Origin: Methanoregula sp. | GTDB taxonomy: Archaea; Halobacteriota; Methanomicrobia; Methanomicrobiales; Methanospirillaceae | Assembly: GCA_026394605.1 (NCBI GenBank) | Contig: JAPKXY010000024.1 | Span: 6,729-70,728 of the forward strand | Length of the DNA stretch: 64,000 bases | Direction: 5' to 3' | Part shown: positions 18,851 to 28,749 of the stretch, one piece after another | Layout of the letters: every line of letters starts with the position of its first letter | Numbering within the stretch: position 1 is the stretch's first letter | The notes under the pieces: generated by a model | Database searches by the model: none | Seen by the model: the letters and a program-made list of their open reading frames with translations, nothing else | Told to the model about the DNA's origin: nothing | Program-made: the position numbers and the translations under genes

Positions 18851-19468
18851 ATGAAGGGGACGACAACCATAGGTCTGGTATTCTCTACCGGGGTCATCCT
18901 CGCCACTGAAAAGCGGGCGACCATGGGATACATGATCGCAAGCAAAAAAGCAAAGAAGGTCTACCAGGTTGCCGACCGGATCGGCATGACGACCGCCGGT
19001 GGCGTGGGTGATGCGCAGCAGCTCGCCCGCATTCTCACGGTTGAATGCAACCTGTACCAGATCCGCAGATCACGTCCGATTACTGTCGGAGCGGCGTCAA
19101 CACTGCTGTCCAACTACCTCAACCAGAACCGCTACTTCCCGTACTATGTCCAGCTCCTTGTGGGTGGTGTTGATGAACACGGATCGAGCGTGTACTCTGT
19201 TGATGCATTTGGCGGTTCGACAAAAGAAGAAGAGATCGTTTCCACAGGATCCGGTTCTCCGATGGCATACGGGGTACTGGAAGACCGTTTTACAAAGGGC
19301 ATGAGTGAAGATGAGGCGATTGATCTTGCGATCCGGGCATTGAAAGCCGCAATGAAACGCGATGCCGGTTCTGGTGAAGGGGTTCATGTTGTGGTCATCA
19401 CAAAAGACCGGTACCAGGAACTGGACGAGGCAACCCTCAAAAAATACCTTGCCAAAACCCCTGACTAA
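18851..19468 (+). CDS. psmB: Proteasome subunit beta
   Basis: MKG-TTTIGLV carries the catalytic Thr after a short propeptide. AGGAG lies 4 nt upstream of the ATG at 18851; the track ORF starts at TTG 18812. Confidence 0.85.
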   Translation: MKGTTTIGLVFSTGVILATEKRATMGYMIASKKAKKVYQVADRIGMTTAGGVGDAQQLARILTVECNLYQIRRSRPITVGAASTLLSNYLNQNRYFPYYVQLLVGGVDEHGSSVYSVDAFGGSTKEEEIVSTGSGSPMAYGVLEDRFTKGMSEDEAIDLAIRALKAAMKRDAGSGEGVHVVVITKDRYQELDEATLKKYLAKTPD

Positions 19469-19489
19469 CTTTTTTTGGACGTTTACTCT

Positions 19490-21409
19490 ATGCTTATTGA
19501 AGAACGGTTAAAGGATCTGAAGGAGAAGATCAACGAGAAGATCCCCCGCGGCATCACCGTGACCCAAGTGGAATTCGAAGGTCCGGAACTCGTCATTTAT
19601 ACGGATGATCCCAAGCGATTTGCCGATGAAGCTGATTTAATCAAAATCCTTGCCCGCGACCTGCGCAAACGGATCGTCGTCCGCCCCACGGTCCTGGAAG
19701 ATCCGGAAAAGGCATCGCAGGATATCAAGGCTGTCGTGCCAGAGACCGCAGGTATTTCGGACATCTTTTTTGACCCCGATACCGGGGAGGTACTGATCGA
19801 GGCGGAGAAACCCGGAGTCGTGATCGGGAAGAATGGCGCCACGCTCCGCGAGATCACGAAACACATCGGCTGGACCCCCAAAGTCGTACGGACCCCCCCG
19901 ATCGAGAGCACCACCGTCAAGCAGATCAGGCAATACCTTCGCTCGGTGAATGAGGAACGGAAACAGTTCCTGCGCACTATCGGAAGGCGGATCCACCGGG
20001 ACATTACACCCAAAGACGAGAATGGAAAGGATACGCCAAAAAAGGATCAGTGGGTACGGGTCACCATGCTCGGCTGCTGCCGTGAAGTTGGTCGGGCGGC
20101 GTTCCTGCTCACAACACCTGACAGCCGCATACTGGTCGATTGTGGTGATAAGCCCGACAATAGCAACGGTACTCCCTATCTCTACCTCCCGGAGATCCAC
20201 CCGCTCTCATCGCTTGATGCAGTGGTGCTCACGCACGCCCACCTCGACCATTGCGCCCTTGTCCCGCTCCTCTACAAGTACGGGTATGATGGTCCGGTAT
20301 ATTCAACACCCCCCACCCGCGACCTTTCAGCGATGCTCCAGCTCGACTATCTTGACGTAATCCATAAGGAAGACCGCAAGGTTCCCTACAGTTCCAACGA
20401 AGTGAAGGCGTACATCAAGCACTCCATCACGCTCAACTACAGCAGCGTAACAGACATCGCCCCTGATATCAAGCTTACCTTCCACAATGCGGGACATATA
20501 CTCGGTTCGGCAATCGTCCACTTCCACATAGGCGACGGGCTCTATAACATCGCATTTACCGGTGACTTCAACTATAGCAGGAGCCGGCTTTTCAACCCCT
20601 CCATCAGCCAGTTCCCCCGTCTTGAAGCATTGTTCATGGAAAGCACCTATGGCGGCTCTAATGACTTCCAGCCCGCCCGGTCAGATGCGGAGATCAAACT
20701 CTACGAGACCATCAATGCCGTTCTTTCCCGGGGCGGCAAAGTGATCATCCCCGCTTTTGCTGTCGGGCGTTCTCAGGAAGTCATGCTCGCGCTGGAAGAG
20801 GGTATGCGCCTCGAACGGATTCCGAAAGTGAAGATCTATCTCGACGGCATGATCCGTGAGGCAACTGCAATCCACACGACCTATCCGGAGTACCTCAACA
20901 ACGACCTGCGCAACCAGATCTTCCGTGAAGGCATGAATCCGTTCCTTGCGGACTGTTTCCAGCAGGTCGATTCTCCCGAGCTGCGGGAGAAGGTGATAAC
21001 GGGGGACCCCTGTGTCATCATCACCACAAGTGGCATGCTCAACGGCGGACCGGTGATGGAATATTTAATAAATCTCGCACAGGACGCAAAGAATGCGCTT
21101 GTCTTTGTAGGTTACCAGGCTGAAGGGACCCAGGGGCGGCGGATCCAGAAGGGCTGGCGCGAGGTGCCGATGGGCAGGAAGGGCACGATCACCATCAACC
21201 TCGAGATTGTAACTGTTGATGGATTCTCCGGTCATTCGGATCGCCGGCAACTGATGAACTTTGTCGGGCAGGTGCAGCCAAAACCGGAAAAAATTTTCTG
21301 CATCCACGGTGACGAGAACAATACAATTGACCTTGCAAGTTCTATCTACAAGCGGTACCATATCGAGACGCACTCACCGATGAATCTTGAGACCTACCGT
21401 ATGATCTGA
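19490..21409 (+). CDS. aCPSF1/FttA beta-CASP ribonuclease (KH + metallo-beta-lactamase + beta-CASP)
   Basis: N-terminal KH-like region with VIGKNGATLREI and the HxHxDH motif THAHLDHCA. Its roughly 640-aa size and position after psmB are typical. Confidence 0.85.
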   Translation: MLIEERLKDLKEKINEKIPRGITVTQVEFEGPELVIYTDDPKRFADEADLIKILARDLRKRIVVRPTVLEDPEKASQDIKAVVPETAGISDIFFDPDTGEVLIEAEKPGVVIGKNGATLREITKHIGWTPKVVRTPPIESTTVKQIRQYLRSVNEERKQFLRTIGRRIHRDITPKDENGKDTPKKDQWVRVTMLGCCREVGRAAFLLTTPDSRILVDCGDKPDNSNGTPYLYLPEIHPLSSLDAVVLTHAHLDHCALVPLLYKYGYDGPVYSTPPTRDLSAMLQLDYLDVIHKEDRKVPYSSNEVKAYIKHSITLNYSSVTDIAPDIKLTFHNAGHILGSAIVHFHIGDGLYNIAFTGDFNYSRSRLFNPSISQFPRLEALFMESTYGGSNDFQPARSDAEIKLYETINAVLSRGGKVIIPAFAVGRSQEVMLALEEGMRLERIPKVKIYLDGMIREATAIHTTYPEYLNNDLRNQIFREGMNPFLADCFQQVDSPELREKVITGDPCVIITTSGMLNGGPVMEYLINLAQDAKNALVFVGYQAEGTQGRRIQKGWREVPMGRKGTITINLEIVTVDGFSGHSDRRQLMNFVGQVQPKPEKIFCIHGDENNTIDLASSIYKRYHIETHSPMNLETYRMI

Positions 21410-21419
21410 ACCGGATACT

Positions 21420-22466
21420 ATGAGAGAGCGCTTTTCCATCTGCCTGGGAATCGCTTGTATAATGGCGCTTTCCAATGCGATTGTCCCTGTCCTCCCTTCT
21501 TATTCAAGCGGACCGGCAATCCAGGGTATGATCTATTCCGCTTATTTTCTCGGTGCCTTTCTCATGACGCTTCCGGCAGGCTTGCTCTCGGACCGGTACG
21601 GGCGGGTGCCAGTCATGCGGGCCGGACTTACGGTCACCGTCATAAGTGGTCTTCTTCTTATCGTCTTTTCATCACCCGCGCTCGTGATTGCCTCTCGCAT
21701 ATTGGAAGGCATTGGTGCGGGTCTCTTTGTTGCAGCCGGTATGGCGTATGTAAATTCGCTTGTTGATCATGCAAAGATGAGCGGATATTTCATGGCAGCA
21801 CTCAATCTCGGAGTGGTACTCGGACTTGTCACAGGGGGTGTTCTTGCAGCGCAATTCCATATGCCAGCTGCCGGGATATTGCTATTTTCCATCCTTGCTC
21901 TCATCCCGGCATGCCTCAGTGCATGCCTTGTCGAATCGCCCCGCGCTGCCGTACTGGATTCCCGTACAGATCTGGCGTCACTTCTCTCTGACTACCAATG
22001 GCTCTGGTATTCCGCTGTTGTGCTGGTCGGTATCACTGGTGTCGTTATCGCACTCTATCCGGAGTATTCGGATGTATCTCCTGACGTGGTCGGCTTCTGG
22101 ATTGCCGGGATGAGTGTTGCGACGATCATCGCTGTCATTGCGAGTTCGCGGCTGAGCATGGCGTCTGTTCATTCCATCCGAATCGCTGCTGTGTTCATGG
22201 CCGGCGGTGTTATGCTTTCATTTTTTTCACCGGTAGGTTTTCTTGTTATTGGCGCACTTGCCGGTGTCGTGATGATTGCCCAGATGGCGTGTCTTGCAAG
22301 GATCAACGGCAACCAGGGCGCGGCAATGGGGCTCTTGTCCACAACCAGCTATCTGGGGATGAGTGTATTGCCGTTCATCGCCGGGGTTGTCGCTGAGACA
22401 ACAACGTTTTTTATTGCATTTTGTCTGACAGCCCTTGCGGCGCTCGTTGTCGCGCTCACCATCTGA
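21420..22466 (+). CDS. MFS transporter
   Basis: 348-aa product with about 10-12 hydrophobic helices and a GLLSDRYGRVPVM loop motif between TM2 and TM3. Confidence 0.75.
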   Translation: MRERFSICLGIACIMALSNAIVPVLPSYSSGPAIQGMIYSAYFLGAFLMTLPAGLLSDRYGRVPVMRAGLTVTVISGLLLIVFSSPALVIASRILEGIGAGLFVAAGMAYVNSLVDHAKMSGYFMAALNLGVVLGLVTGGVLAAQFHMPAAGILLFSILALIPACLSACLVESPRAAVLDSRTDLASLLSDYQWLWYSAVVLVGITGVVIALYPEYSDVSPDVVGFWIAGMSVATIIAVIASSRLSMASVHSIRIAAVFMAGGVMLSFFSPVGFLVIGALAGVVMIAQMACLARINGNQGAAMGLLSTTSYLGMSVLPFIAGVVAETTTFFIAFCLTALAALVVALTI

Positions 22467-22562
22467 AGGTGTACATGCTGGCACCTGACGATACTATGAT
22501 ACCCATCACCTTCCGACTAAAAAAAACAATAGATTCATGTCTGATTACAGTGAAATTCTTGC

Positions 22563-23552
22563 ATGGATCAACGAATCATTCCAATACTCCTCTTACTTTT
22601 CCTTGCCATTGTCCTTGTAATCCCCGGTGTTCATGCCGAGGATGCGCTTGAGTGGTATATGAAAGGCGAGAACGCGGTCATTGTGGGAAAATATACTGAA
22701 TCGATCACCTACTACAACAATGCGATTGCCCTCGACCAGAAGTATGCAGCGGCACTGTCAGGAAAGGCATATGCTCTCAAGCAGATGGAGAACTATAGCG
22801 AAGCCCTCGAAGCATCTGACCGTGCTCTCACCATCAAGAATGACGGGCGTGCGCTGAATGTTCGGGCATATGCACTTTTAAAACTTGGGCGATACGATGA
22901 GTCGGTCACAGCGTATGACAAGCTCTTCATCACGGAAACCAACCTTCCCGAAGCGTATTGCAACCAGGGAATCGCGTACGAGCACCTGAACAAGACTGAT
23001 CAGGCGCTGCTCGCTTTCGATTCCTGCGTCCGTCTCGATCCTGGCAACGTATTCGGGTGGAACAAGAAGGGACTGGTGTTGCTGGCTCTCGGAAAACCTC
23101 AGGAAGCTCTCGATGCATTTAACCAATGCACCCGGATTACCGTAAAAAATGCCGAAATCTGGAACAACAAGGGCCTTGCACTTCTTCAGCTGGGAAAGTA
23201 TCAGGACGCTTTAGAATGTTTCAACAAAGCATTGGGTATTGATCCCACCTACGCAGCGGCAAAGCAGAACAAGGAGCTTGCCATGAATAAGGGGCAATTA
23301 TATGGTGGTACGGGCATGCCTCAACAAACGACAAAACCCGTAACCGCGACAACGATATCCGAAGTTACCCTGACTGTGACAGAAACCACAGTCATCCCAA
23401 CACAAGCTGCCGGAACAGTCACTGCAACGCCTGAACAAACAGGGGCAGCGGTAGTTATAAAGGGAACCTATACCCCGCTACCGGTATGGGGAGCCATCGC
23501 TGGCGTTTTTGGCGCTGGAATCATCGCCCTTGTAGCAAGAAAGCAAAAATAA
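22563..23552 (+). CDS. Secreted TPR-repeat protein with Thr-rich linker and C-terminal TM anchor
   Basis: It has a signal peptide, multiple 34-aa TPR units (AYALLKLGRYDESV, GLALLQLGKYQDALECFNKAL), a T-rich linker and the C-terminal PLPVWGAIAGVFGAGIIALVARKQK. Confidence 0.75.
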   Translation: MDQRIIPILLLLFLAIVLVIPGVHAEDALEWYMKGENAVIVGKYTESITYYNNAIALDQKYAAALSGKAYALKQMENYSEALEASDRALTIKNDGRALNVRAYALLKLGRYDESVTAYDKLFITETNLPEAYCNQGIAYEHLNKTDQALLAFDSCVRLDPGNVFGWNKKGLVLLALGKPQEALDAFNQCTRITVKNAEIWNNKGLALLQLGKYQDALECFNKALGIDPTYAAAKQNKELAMNKGQLYGGTGMPQQTTKPVTATTISEVTLTVTETTVIPTQAAGTVTATPEQTGAAVVIKGTYTPLPVWGAIAGVFGAGIIALVARKQK

Positions 23553-23593
23553 AATTTTTTTATCCTTTTTTATTTATTGACATTACACGTGGT

Positions 23594-24790
23594 TCATGTT
23601 GATATTGTGTCGGTACTATATGTTCGCATGATCTCCTGATACACGTCCGATGCTTTTTTTAGCGACTCAATACGAACGTGCTCGTTTATGGCATGCAGGT
23701 ACTGCATTTCACCCGGCCCGTACTCGATCACATTGAATCCCGTTGTCCTGAGGTGGCGAGCATCACTTGCCGCCCACTGAACAATGGGAAAAACATCACC
23801 ACCATACACATTTTTCACTGCATCGCACGTCACGGTAACAAGTCTGCACCCGGGATCGGTAATCGATGGCTCATGGGTAGTTTCTGATGTGATTGTCCCG
23901 TGCGGTGCATGCTGACGGATTTTCTCCAAGAGGTCAGGAATCTGACACCCCCACGGTACGCGGAGCTCCAGATCGAGATCGCAACGCTGCGCCACGATAT
24001 TGGATTTTTCCCCTCCGCAAATAACCCCGGGATTGAACATCAGCCGTGTCAGCACATCAGACACCTGATCCATCCCGAATACATCCCCAAGCACCCGGGA
24101 GGAACGGGCGATGATCTCCTGCAGGTCATTGCTGATCGTATACGTTTGTCTGTTCAGTGTTTTGACGTACTCAAGAAGCGAGAGCGCCTCCATAATCGCA
24201 CTGATACCTATCGCAGGATAGAGCGAACCATGAGCAGGGGTCCCTGAGAACTGCAGCTCAAGCCTGACTAATCCCTTCTGCGCGATAGTGGGATGGCGGA
24301 TAGGGGTCGGTTCGGCAATCAGGCAGTCGCAGGGATCTATCATGTGCCGGGCTATAAGATACCTGATACCGGCACTGCCACCCGTCTCTTCATCACAGAC
24401 AAAGGCGAGCTGAACCGGGAGATCCTGGTGGGACTCGATATGCTTTTTACTGGCAGTAAGGAGTGCAGCACATCCCCCTTTCATGTCGGTGGTGCCTCGT
24501 CCCCAGACCGAACCGCCCATGATAGCACCGGAGAACGGCTCAACACTCCACTCCTCATTAAGCGCCGGCACAACGTCAACATGACCGCAGAACAGGAGGT
24601 TATTTGCTGTCCGCTGCGTGACGAGGTTGCACCTTCCTCCCCCGTTTTCCGTAACGACCGATGGAATGCCCCAATCCTCCAGCAGGGATCGGATGTACTC
24701 AATCAAATCCCTCGTTTCTCCCGGCGGGTTCTCGCTGTGAATCCTGACGAGATCAGAACAGAGGCGGGCAACATCCATCGAACAATACAC
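23594..24790 (-). CDS. M20-family metallopeptidase/deacylase (ArgE/DapE-like)
   Basis: 398-aa product with the motifs LLFCGHVDVVP and GRGTTDMKGG, typical of M20 enzymes. Confidence 0.75.
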   Translation of the reverse strand: MYCSMDVARLCSDLVRIHSENPPGETRDLIEYIRSLLEDWGIPSVVTENGGGRCNLVTQRTANNLLFCGHVDVVPALNEEWSVEPFSGAIMGGSVWGRGTTDMKGGCAALLTASKKHIESHQDLPVQLAFVCDEETGGSAGIRYLIARHMIDPCDCLIAEPTPIRHPTIAQKGLVRLELQFSGTPAHGSLYPAIGISAIMEALSLLEYVKTLNRQTYTISNDLQEIIARSSRVLGDVFGMDQVSDVLTRLMFNPGVICGGEKSNIVAQRCDLDLELRVPWGCQIPDLLEKIRQHAPHGTITSETTHEPSITDPGCRLVTVTCDAVKNVYGGDVFPIVQWAASDARHLRTTGFNVIEYGPGEMQYLHAINEHVRIESLKKASDVYQEIMRTYSTDTIST

Positions 24791-24792
24791 TC

Positions 24793-25305
24793 CTATGGAG
24801 GGGAATTCTGTGCAATATATGCTTCAAACAGCGTCGCAAGCGAAGCGTCTGCATACAGGCTTTTTAAAAAATCAGGATCAAAGAACTCGTCAATCATAAT
24901 AAAGAACATGTCAGATGGGATCTCGTTTCTGCTATCGGGGTCAAGCACGATCCTAAAACTCCTGTAGCTTGCCGGGTCCTCGGTGTCATAGATCATCTGC
25001 CAGAGCGAGGGAAGGCGTGCGAATTTCTCCGGATGCTCTCTTTTGAGCCAGTTGATAAAAGCCGGAAACTGTGCGCGATCACTTTTTTTTTCCTCATCGA
25101 TGCGCCACCGCAGGTACTCAGTACCCATAATATTTTTTGGGGACTGGTAGTTGTAGGTATAAATGCTCGCGGTATAGTCGAGATGAGCGATCGAGTCGAT
25201 AAAATAAAAAGCAAGCACTTTGTTAAACAGCGCCATATCATGAAGGATCAGGGATTTTTCGTAGAGGTGAGTGAGGGCCTGGGCGTACTGGTTGTCAGCG
25301 TCCAT
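24793..25305 (-). CDS. Hypothetical protein (aromatic-rich, soluble)
   Basis: 170-aa ORF whose stop lies 2 nt upstream of the M20 gene start. It has no recognisable motif. Confidence 0.45.
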   Translation of the reverse strand: MDADNQYAQALTHLYEKSLILHDMALFNKVLAFYFIDSIAHLDYTASIYTYNYQSPKNIMGTEYLRWRIDEEKKSDRAQFPAFINWLKREHPEKFARLPSLWQMIYDTEDPASYRSFRIVLDPDSRNEIPSDMFFIMIDEFFDPDFLKSLYADASLATLFEAYIAQNSPP

Positions 25306-25375
25306 GCCTCTCTATAGGGCAGAGGTTTGTAAAAACATTGCCGTCATGACAGAGTTCTGACTGAGGGAATTCTAT

Positions 25376-26263
25376 CTATTTAAAAAACGGTTCGCGCCGT
25401 TTCACTGCTTCACAGAAGAGCGCTTCGAGTTCTGCTCCTTTTTTTCCCTTTATGTCAACATGGTTGTCGGTGCGCAGCAGGCATGGTTTGAGCTTGCCAT
25501 CAGAGGTCACCCGCAACCTGTTGCAGAAGGCGCAGAACTCGGTGTTGTGGACCGGGCGGACGACCTCCACTTCAGCCCCGTCCAGGCAATATTTTTTCCG
25601 GTGGTGCATCCTGCGCGTCAGGATTATTTTTGAACGCCCCGCAAGGCTGTCTTCGAGTCCTGTCAGGTCCCCATGGTATTCGCAGTTGTTGAAGTGCATC
25701 AGCTCAATCAGCTGGAGGATGAGATTGCGGTTCCCCCGGACAAAGGCAAGAAAGTCATCAACCTCAAATTCGTTGATGCCGGCAAGCACGACCATGTTCA
25801 GTTTGATGGGGGTGAGACCGGCATCGAGTGCTGCGGTAATACCTGCGAGTACATCACTGAGGCGGTTGCTACCGGTGATCTGTTTGTAAGTCGTCTGGTT
25901 CAGGCTGTCGAGGCTCACGTTGACTCGCGAAAGCCCGGCTTTTTTTAAATCGCCCGCCTGATCTGCAAGCAGAGTGCCATTGGTTGTAAGGGACGACTCC
26001 ATGTTTTCTGGAACCGATGCAACAATATCGATGAGGTCATGGCGGAGGAGAGGCTCACCGCCGGTAAACTTCACATGCCTGATATCAAACTTCGATGCCA
26101 CGCGCAGAATTTCTGCTATTTCTTCCGCACTCATCGAATTTGAGGGGAATTTTTCGCCTTCCGCGTGGCAGTAGATGCAGGAGAGGTTACAGTGTGGTGT
26201 TAAGCTGATGCGCAGGTTACTCACCGGTCGGTTGTACGGGTCTTTGAGGATCATAAGGATCAC
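25376..26263 (-). CDS. moaA: GTP 3',8-cyclase (molybdenum cofactor biosynthesis protein A)
   Basis: Radical-SAM motif CNLSCIYCH, a C-terminal Cys cluster CAFCNRLRVTSDGKLKPCL, and a GTG start overlapping the rlmE stop. Confidence 0.85.
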   Translation of the reverse strand: MILMILKDPYNRPVSNLRISLTPHCNLSCIYCHAEGEKFPSNSMSAEEIAEILRVASKFDIRHVKFTGGEPLLRHDLIDIVASVPENMESSLTTNGTLLADQAGDLKKAGLSRVNVSLDSLNQTTYKQITGSNRLSDVLAGITAALDAGLTPIKLNMVVLAGINEFEVDDFLAFVRGNRNLILQLIELMHFNNCEYHGDLTGLEDSLAGRSKIILTRRMHHRKKYCLDGAEVEVVRPVHNTEFCAFCNRLRVTSDGKLKPCLLRTDNHVDIKGKKGAELEALFCEAVKRREPFFK

Positions 26264-26841
26264 GCCACAAAATTTTTTGCAATAATATAGAGTTCGGTGC
26301 TGCCCCTGCGCGTAGCCTGCGTCACACAGGTTTTTACCGAATAAAAATGTCGTTTTGTTTCATCGAGCAGCGCTGGAAAATCCGTGCCCTGAAATGATTT
26401 TACTACAAAGTTCCCGCCGGGTTTTAAGACCGTACAGGCAAACCGGAGCGCCTCTTTTCCAAGTGCAATCGCCCGGGCCTGATCATAGCTCCGCTGCCCT
26501 GAGAGTTTCGGAGCAGCGTCGCTTACGACAACGTTCACCACCCCGAGCATCGCTTTTGCCTGCGCAGGCATCCGGGTATCCGAAAAGTCGCCCTCGATTG
26601 TCATAATTCCATCAATAGGAGGGATGGGCGAGAGGTCAATACCCAGCACCTTGCCGTCACAGAGCTTCCTCGCGACCTGCAGCCAGCTTCCTGGAGCGGC
26701 CCCAAGGTCAATTACATTGTCTGACGGGCGGATCACATCAAAGCGTCTCTGGATCTCGACCAGTTTGAACGCGGCACGCGAACGGTACCCCTCGTTTTTT
26801 GCCTTCAGGTGTACCTTATCGCGTCCCCATTGTGAGCCCAT
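26260..26841 (-). CDS. rlmE: 23S rRNA 2'-O-ribose methyltransferase RlmE/FtsJ
   Basis: YRSRAAFKL...VIDLGAAPGSWLQV SAM motif and an FtsJ-like size of 193 aa. Confidence 0.85.
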   Translation of the reverse strand: MGSQWGRDKVHLKAKNEGYRSRAAFKLVEIQRRFDVIRPSDNVIDLGAAPGSWLQVARKLCDGKVLGIDLSPIPPIDGIMTIEGDFSDTRMPAQAKAMLGVVNVVVSDAAPKLSGQRSYDQARAIALGKEALRFACTVLKPGGNFVVKSFQGTDFPALLDETKRHFYSVKTCVTQATRRGSTELYIIAKNFVA

Positions 26842-26937
26842 AGAGTTAACCTCGCAGAATTGTCGGGTTCAAACCCAAAACACTATAATTAAAGTATGAC
26901 GATATACTGTATAAGACAGTTTGTCAAGGGGTAAGCA

Positions 26938-27681
26938 ATGTTAAAAGCAACGATTGATGCAGAGATCTTCAGGGAAGCTATCGATGCAATCTCCGCACTT
27001 GTACCCGAGTGCCGGCTGCATACCGCCGATAATGGCATCTCCACTCGTGCTGTCGATACGGCAAATGTGGCAATGGTTTCGCTCGAACTGAAAAAAGAGG
27101 CATTCGACTCCTTTAAAGCGACCAAGAGCCAGCTGGGCGTCGATATCTCCAAAATGAAAAATATTTTCAACATGATGGGCAAGGGGGATCTTATCAGTCT
27201 CGAACTACCCGAAAATGCCCAGAAAATCCAGCTAAGCGTCCACGGGTACCTCTATTCCATCACCCTACTCGACACTAATACGATCCGCAAGGATCCCAAC
27301 CCCCCGACCATCAGCCTGCCGGGAAAGCTCACAATCTCAGGGGATGACTTAAACAATGCAATCAAGGCGGCGGCGGTCATCTCAGACAAGATTGCGATAG
27401 GGATTAATCCAAAAGAGCAGACGTTTTTCATGGATGCTGAAGGTGACACTGATCATATACGGCGGGAGTTCGGTAAAGACGAATTAAAATCCTTAAGCCC
27501 GAACGAGGCACGCTCGCTCTTTTCCCTTGATTACCTTAAAGACATGGGCAAGGTGATGAGCAGGGCTGCAGAAGTGGAAGTCTTCCTGGGCATCGATCAT
27601 CCTGTGCGATTCTCTTTTGACATTGCTGGCGGCAACGGGCATGTTGAATACCTGCTCGCCCCACGGATAGAGGCTGACTGA
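26938..27681 (+). CDS. pcn: DNA polymerase sliding clamp (PCNA)
   Basis: 247-aa product whose N-terminus, MLKATIDAEIFREAIDAISALV.E, has the typical archaeal PCNA pattern. Confidence 0.85.
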   Translation: MLKATIDAEIFREAIDAISALVPECRLHTADNGISTRAVDTANVAMVSLELKKEAFDSFKATKSQLGVDISKMKNIFNMMGKGDLISLELPENAQKIQLSVHGYLYSITLLDTNTIRKDPNPPTISLPGKLTISGDDLNNAIKAAAVISDKIAIGINPKEQTFFMDAEGDTDHIRREFGKDELKSLSPNEARSLFSLDYLKDMGKVMSRAAEVEVFLGIDHPVRFSFDIAGGNGHVEYLLAPRIEAD

Positions 27682-28739
27682 TGGAGTACACTCCATCAGT
27701 CAAGGAACTTTCCCATTTTCCGTTTTTAAAAAATTCAAAGGATTATATCAGGACCAGGTATTCTTCGCTTGCTGCCCTCCTTGACGGAGAGTATGGCGAA
27801 ATACTGGTCCGGCATGCCCTGCACCGGATCAGGGATGCATTATCAGTAAAACGAAGGTATGGAGAAGACAATCCATGCAAGCCGGAAGAGGCGATTGCAT
27901 CGTACGCGCTTGCCCGGGTGATCATTTCCTGCATCAATGACCGGCAGCTCATCGACCGGCTCACGCGGTATGAGGCGGAACGGGCGTATTATTTCCTGAG
28001 AAATGAGGGAGGCGATGAGAATTCCTGGAATACCAATTTCCAACGTACTGATGATGGATATTCACGGCTTTTTATGTACCTGTCTGAAGAGCTTGGAATA
28101 TCGATCACCCAGGACTGGTTACCTCTTGTTGATTATGTCGAGCTGGTTGCTCCTATCCACGAAGACCGGTTCCGGCTGATAAACCGGGTTATCACCAAAG
28201 GTCAGGTGCACGTCAATAAGGATGAAATGTATGAGCTCCTGCGGGAGCGTATTCGTGTACTCCTGCACCAAAACCTCCCCATGAAGGTGCCCCCGGCGGT
28301 CTGCAAACAACTTGCACCCCGCCTTGCCGAACTCCAGAAAGTCTATCAGGAACAGATGCTCCAGCAGTTCGGAACAATCGAAGAGACCGCATTCCCACCC
28401 TGCATCCGCGCCCTGATAACAGCAATCACCTCCGGGGCAAGCCTCACGCATCCCGGGCGTTTTTCACTTACTTCCTTCCTCCACAATATTGGTATGGAAA
28501 AGTCACAGATCGCTGAATTGTTTGCCCGTGCTCCGGACTTTGACGCGGAAAAAACCATGTATCAGGTCGGGCATATTACCGGTGGTGGCGGAACAGAATA
28601 CAGTGCACCGGCATGTGCTGCGATGCGTACCACGGGATTATGCGTCCGTCCTGATGTTCTCTGTGAACGCATCAATCACCCCCTCAGTTACTATAAGGTA
28701 AAAAAGAAAAAGTCGGTGGGACTGGGGGGGAAAAAATGA
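27681..28739 (+). CDS. priL: DNA primase large subunit PriL
   Basis: 352-aa product with C-terminal Fe-S Cys residues (PPCIRAL, SAPACAAMRTTGLC..LC). It is adjacent to the PCNA gene with a 1-nt overlap. Confidence 0.8.
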   Translation: MEYTPSVKELSHFPFLKNSKDYIRTRYSSLAALLDGEYGEILVRHALHRIRDALSVKRRYGEDNPCKPEEAIASYALARVIISCINDRQLIDRLTRYEAERAYYFLRNEGGDENSWNTNFQRTDDGYSRLFMYLSEELGISITQDWLPLVDYVELVAPIHEDRFRLINRVITKGQVHVNKDEMYELLRERIRVLLHQNLPMKVPPAVCKQLAPRLAELQKVYQEQMLQQFGTIEETAFPPCIRALITAITSGASLTHPGRFSLTSFLHNIGMEKSQIAELFARAPDFDAEKTMYQVGHITGGGGTEYSAPACAAMRTTGLCVRPDVLCERINHPLSYYKVKKKKSVGLGGKK

Positions 28740-28749
28740 CGTGTAAAGG

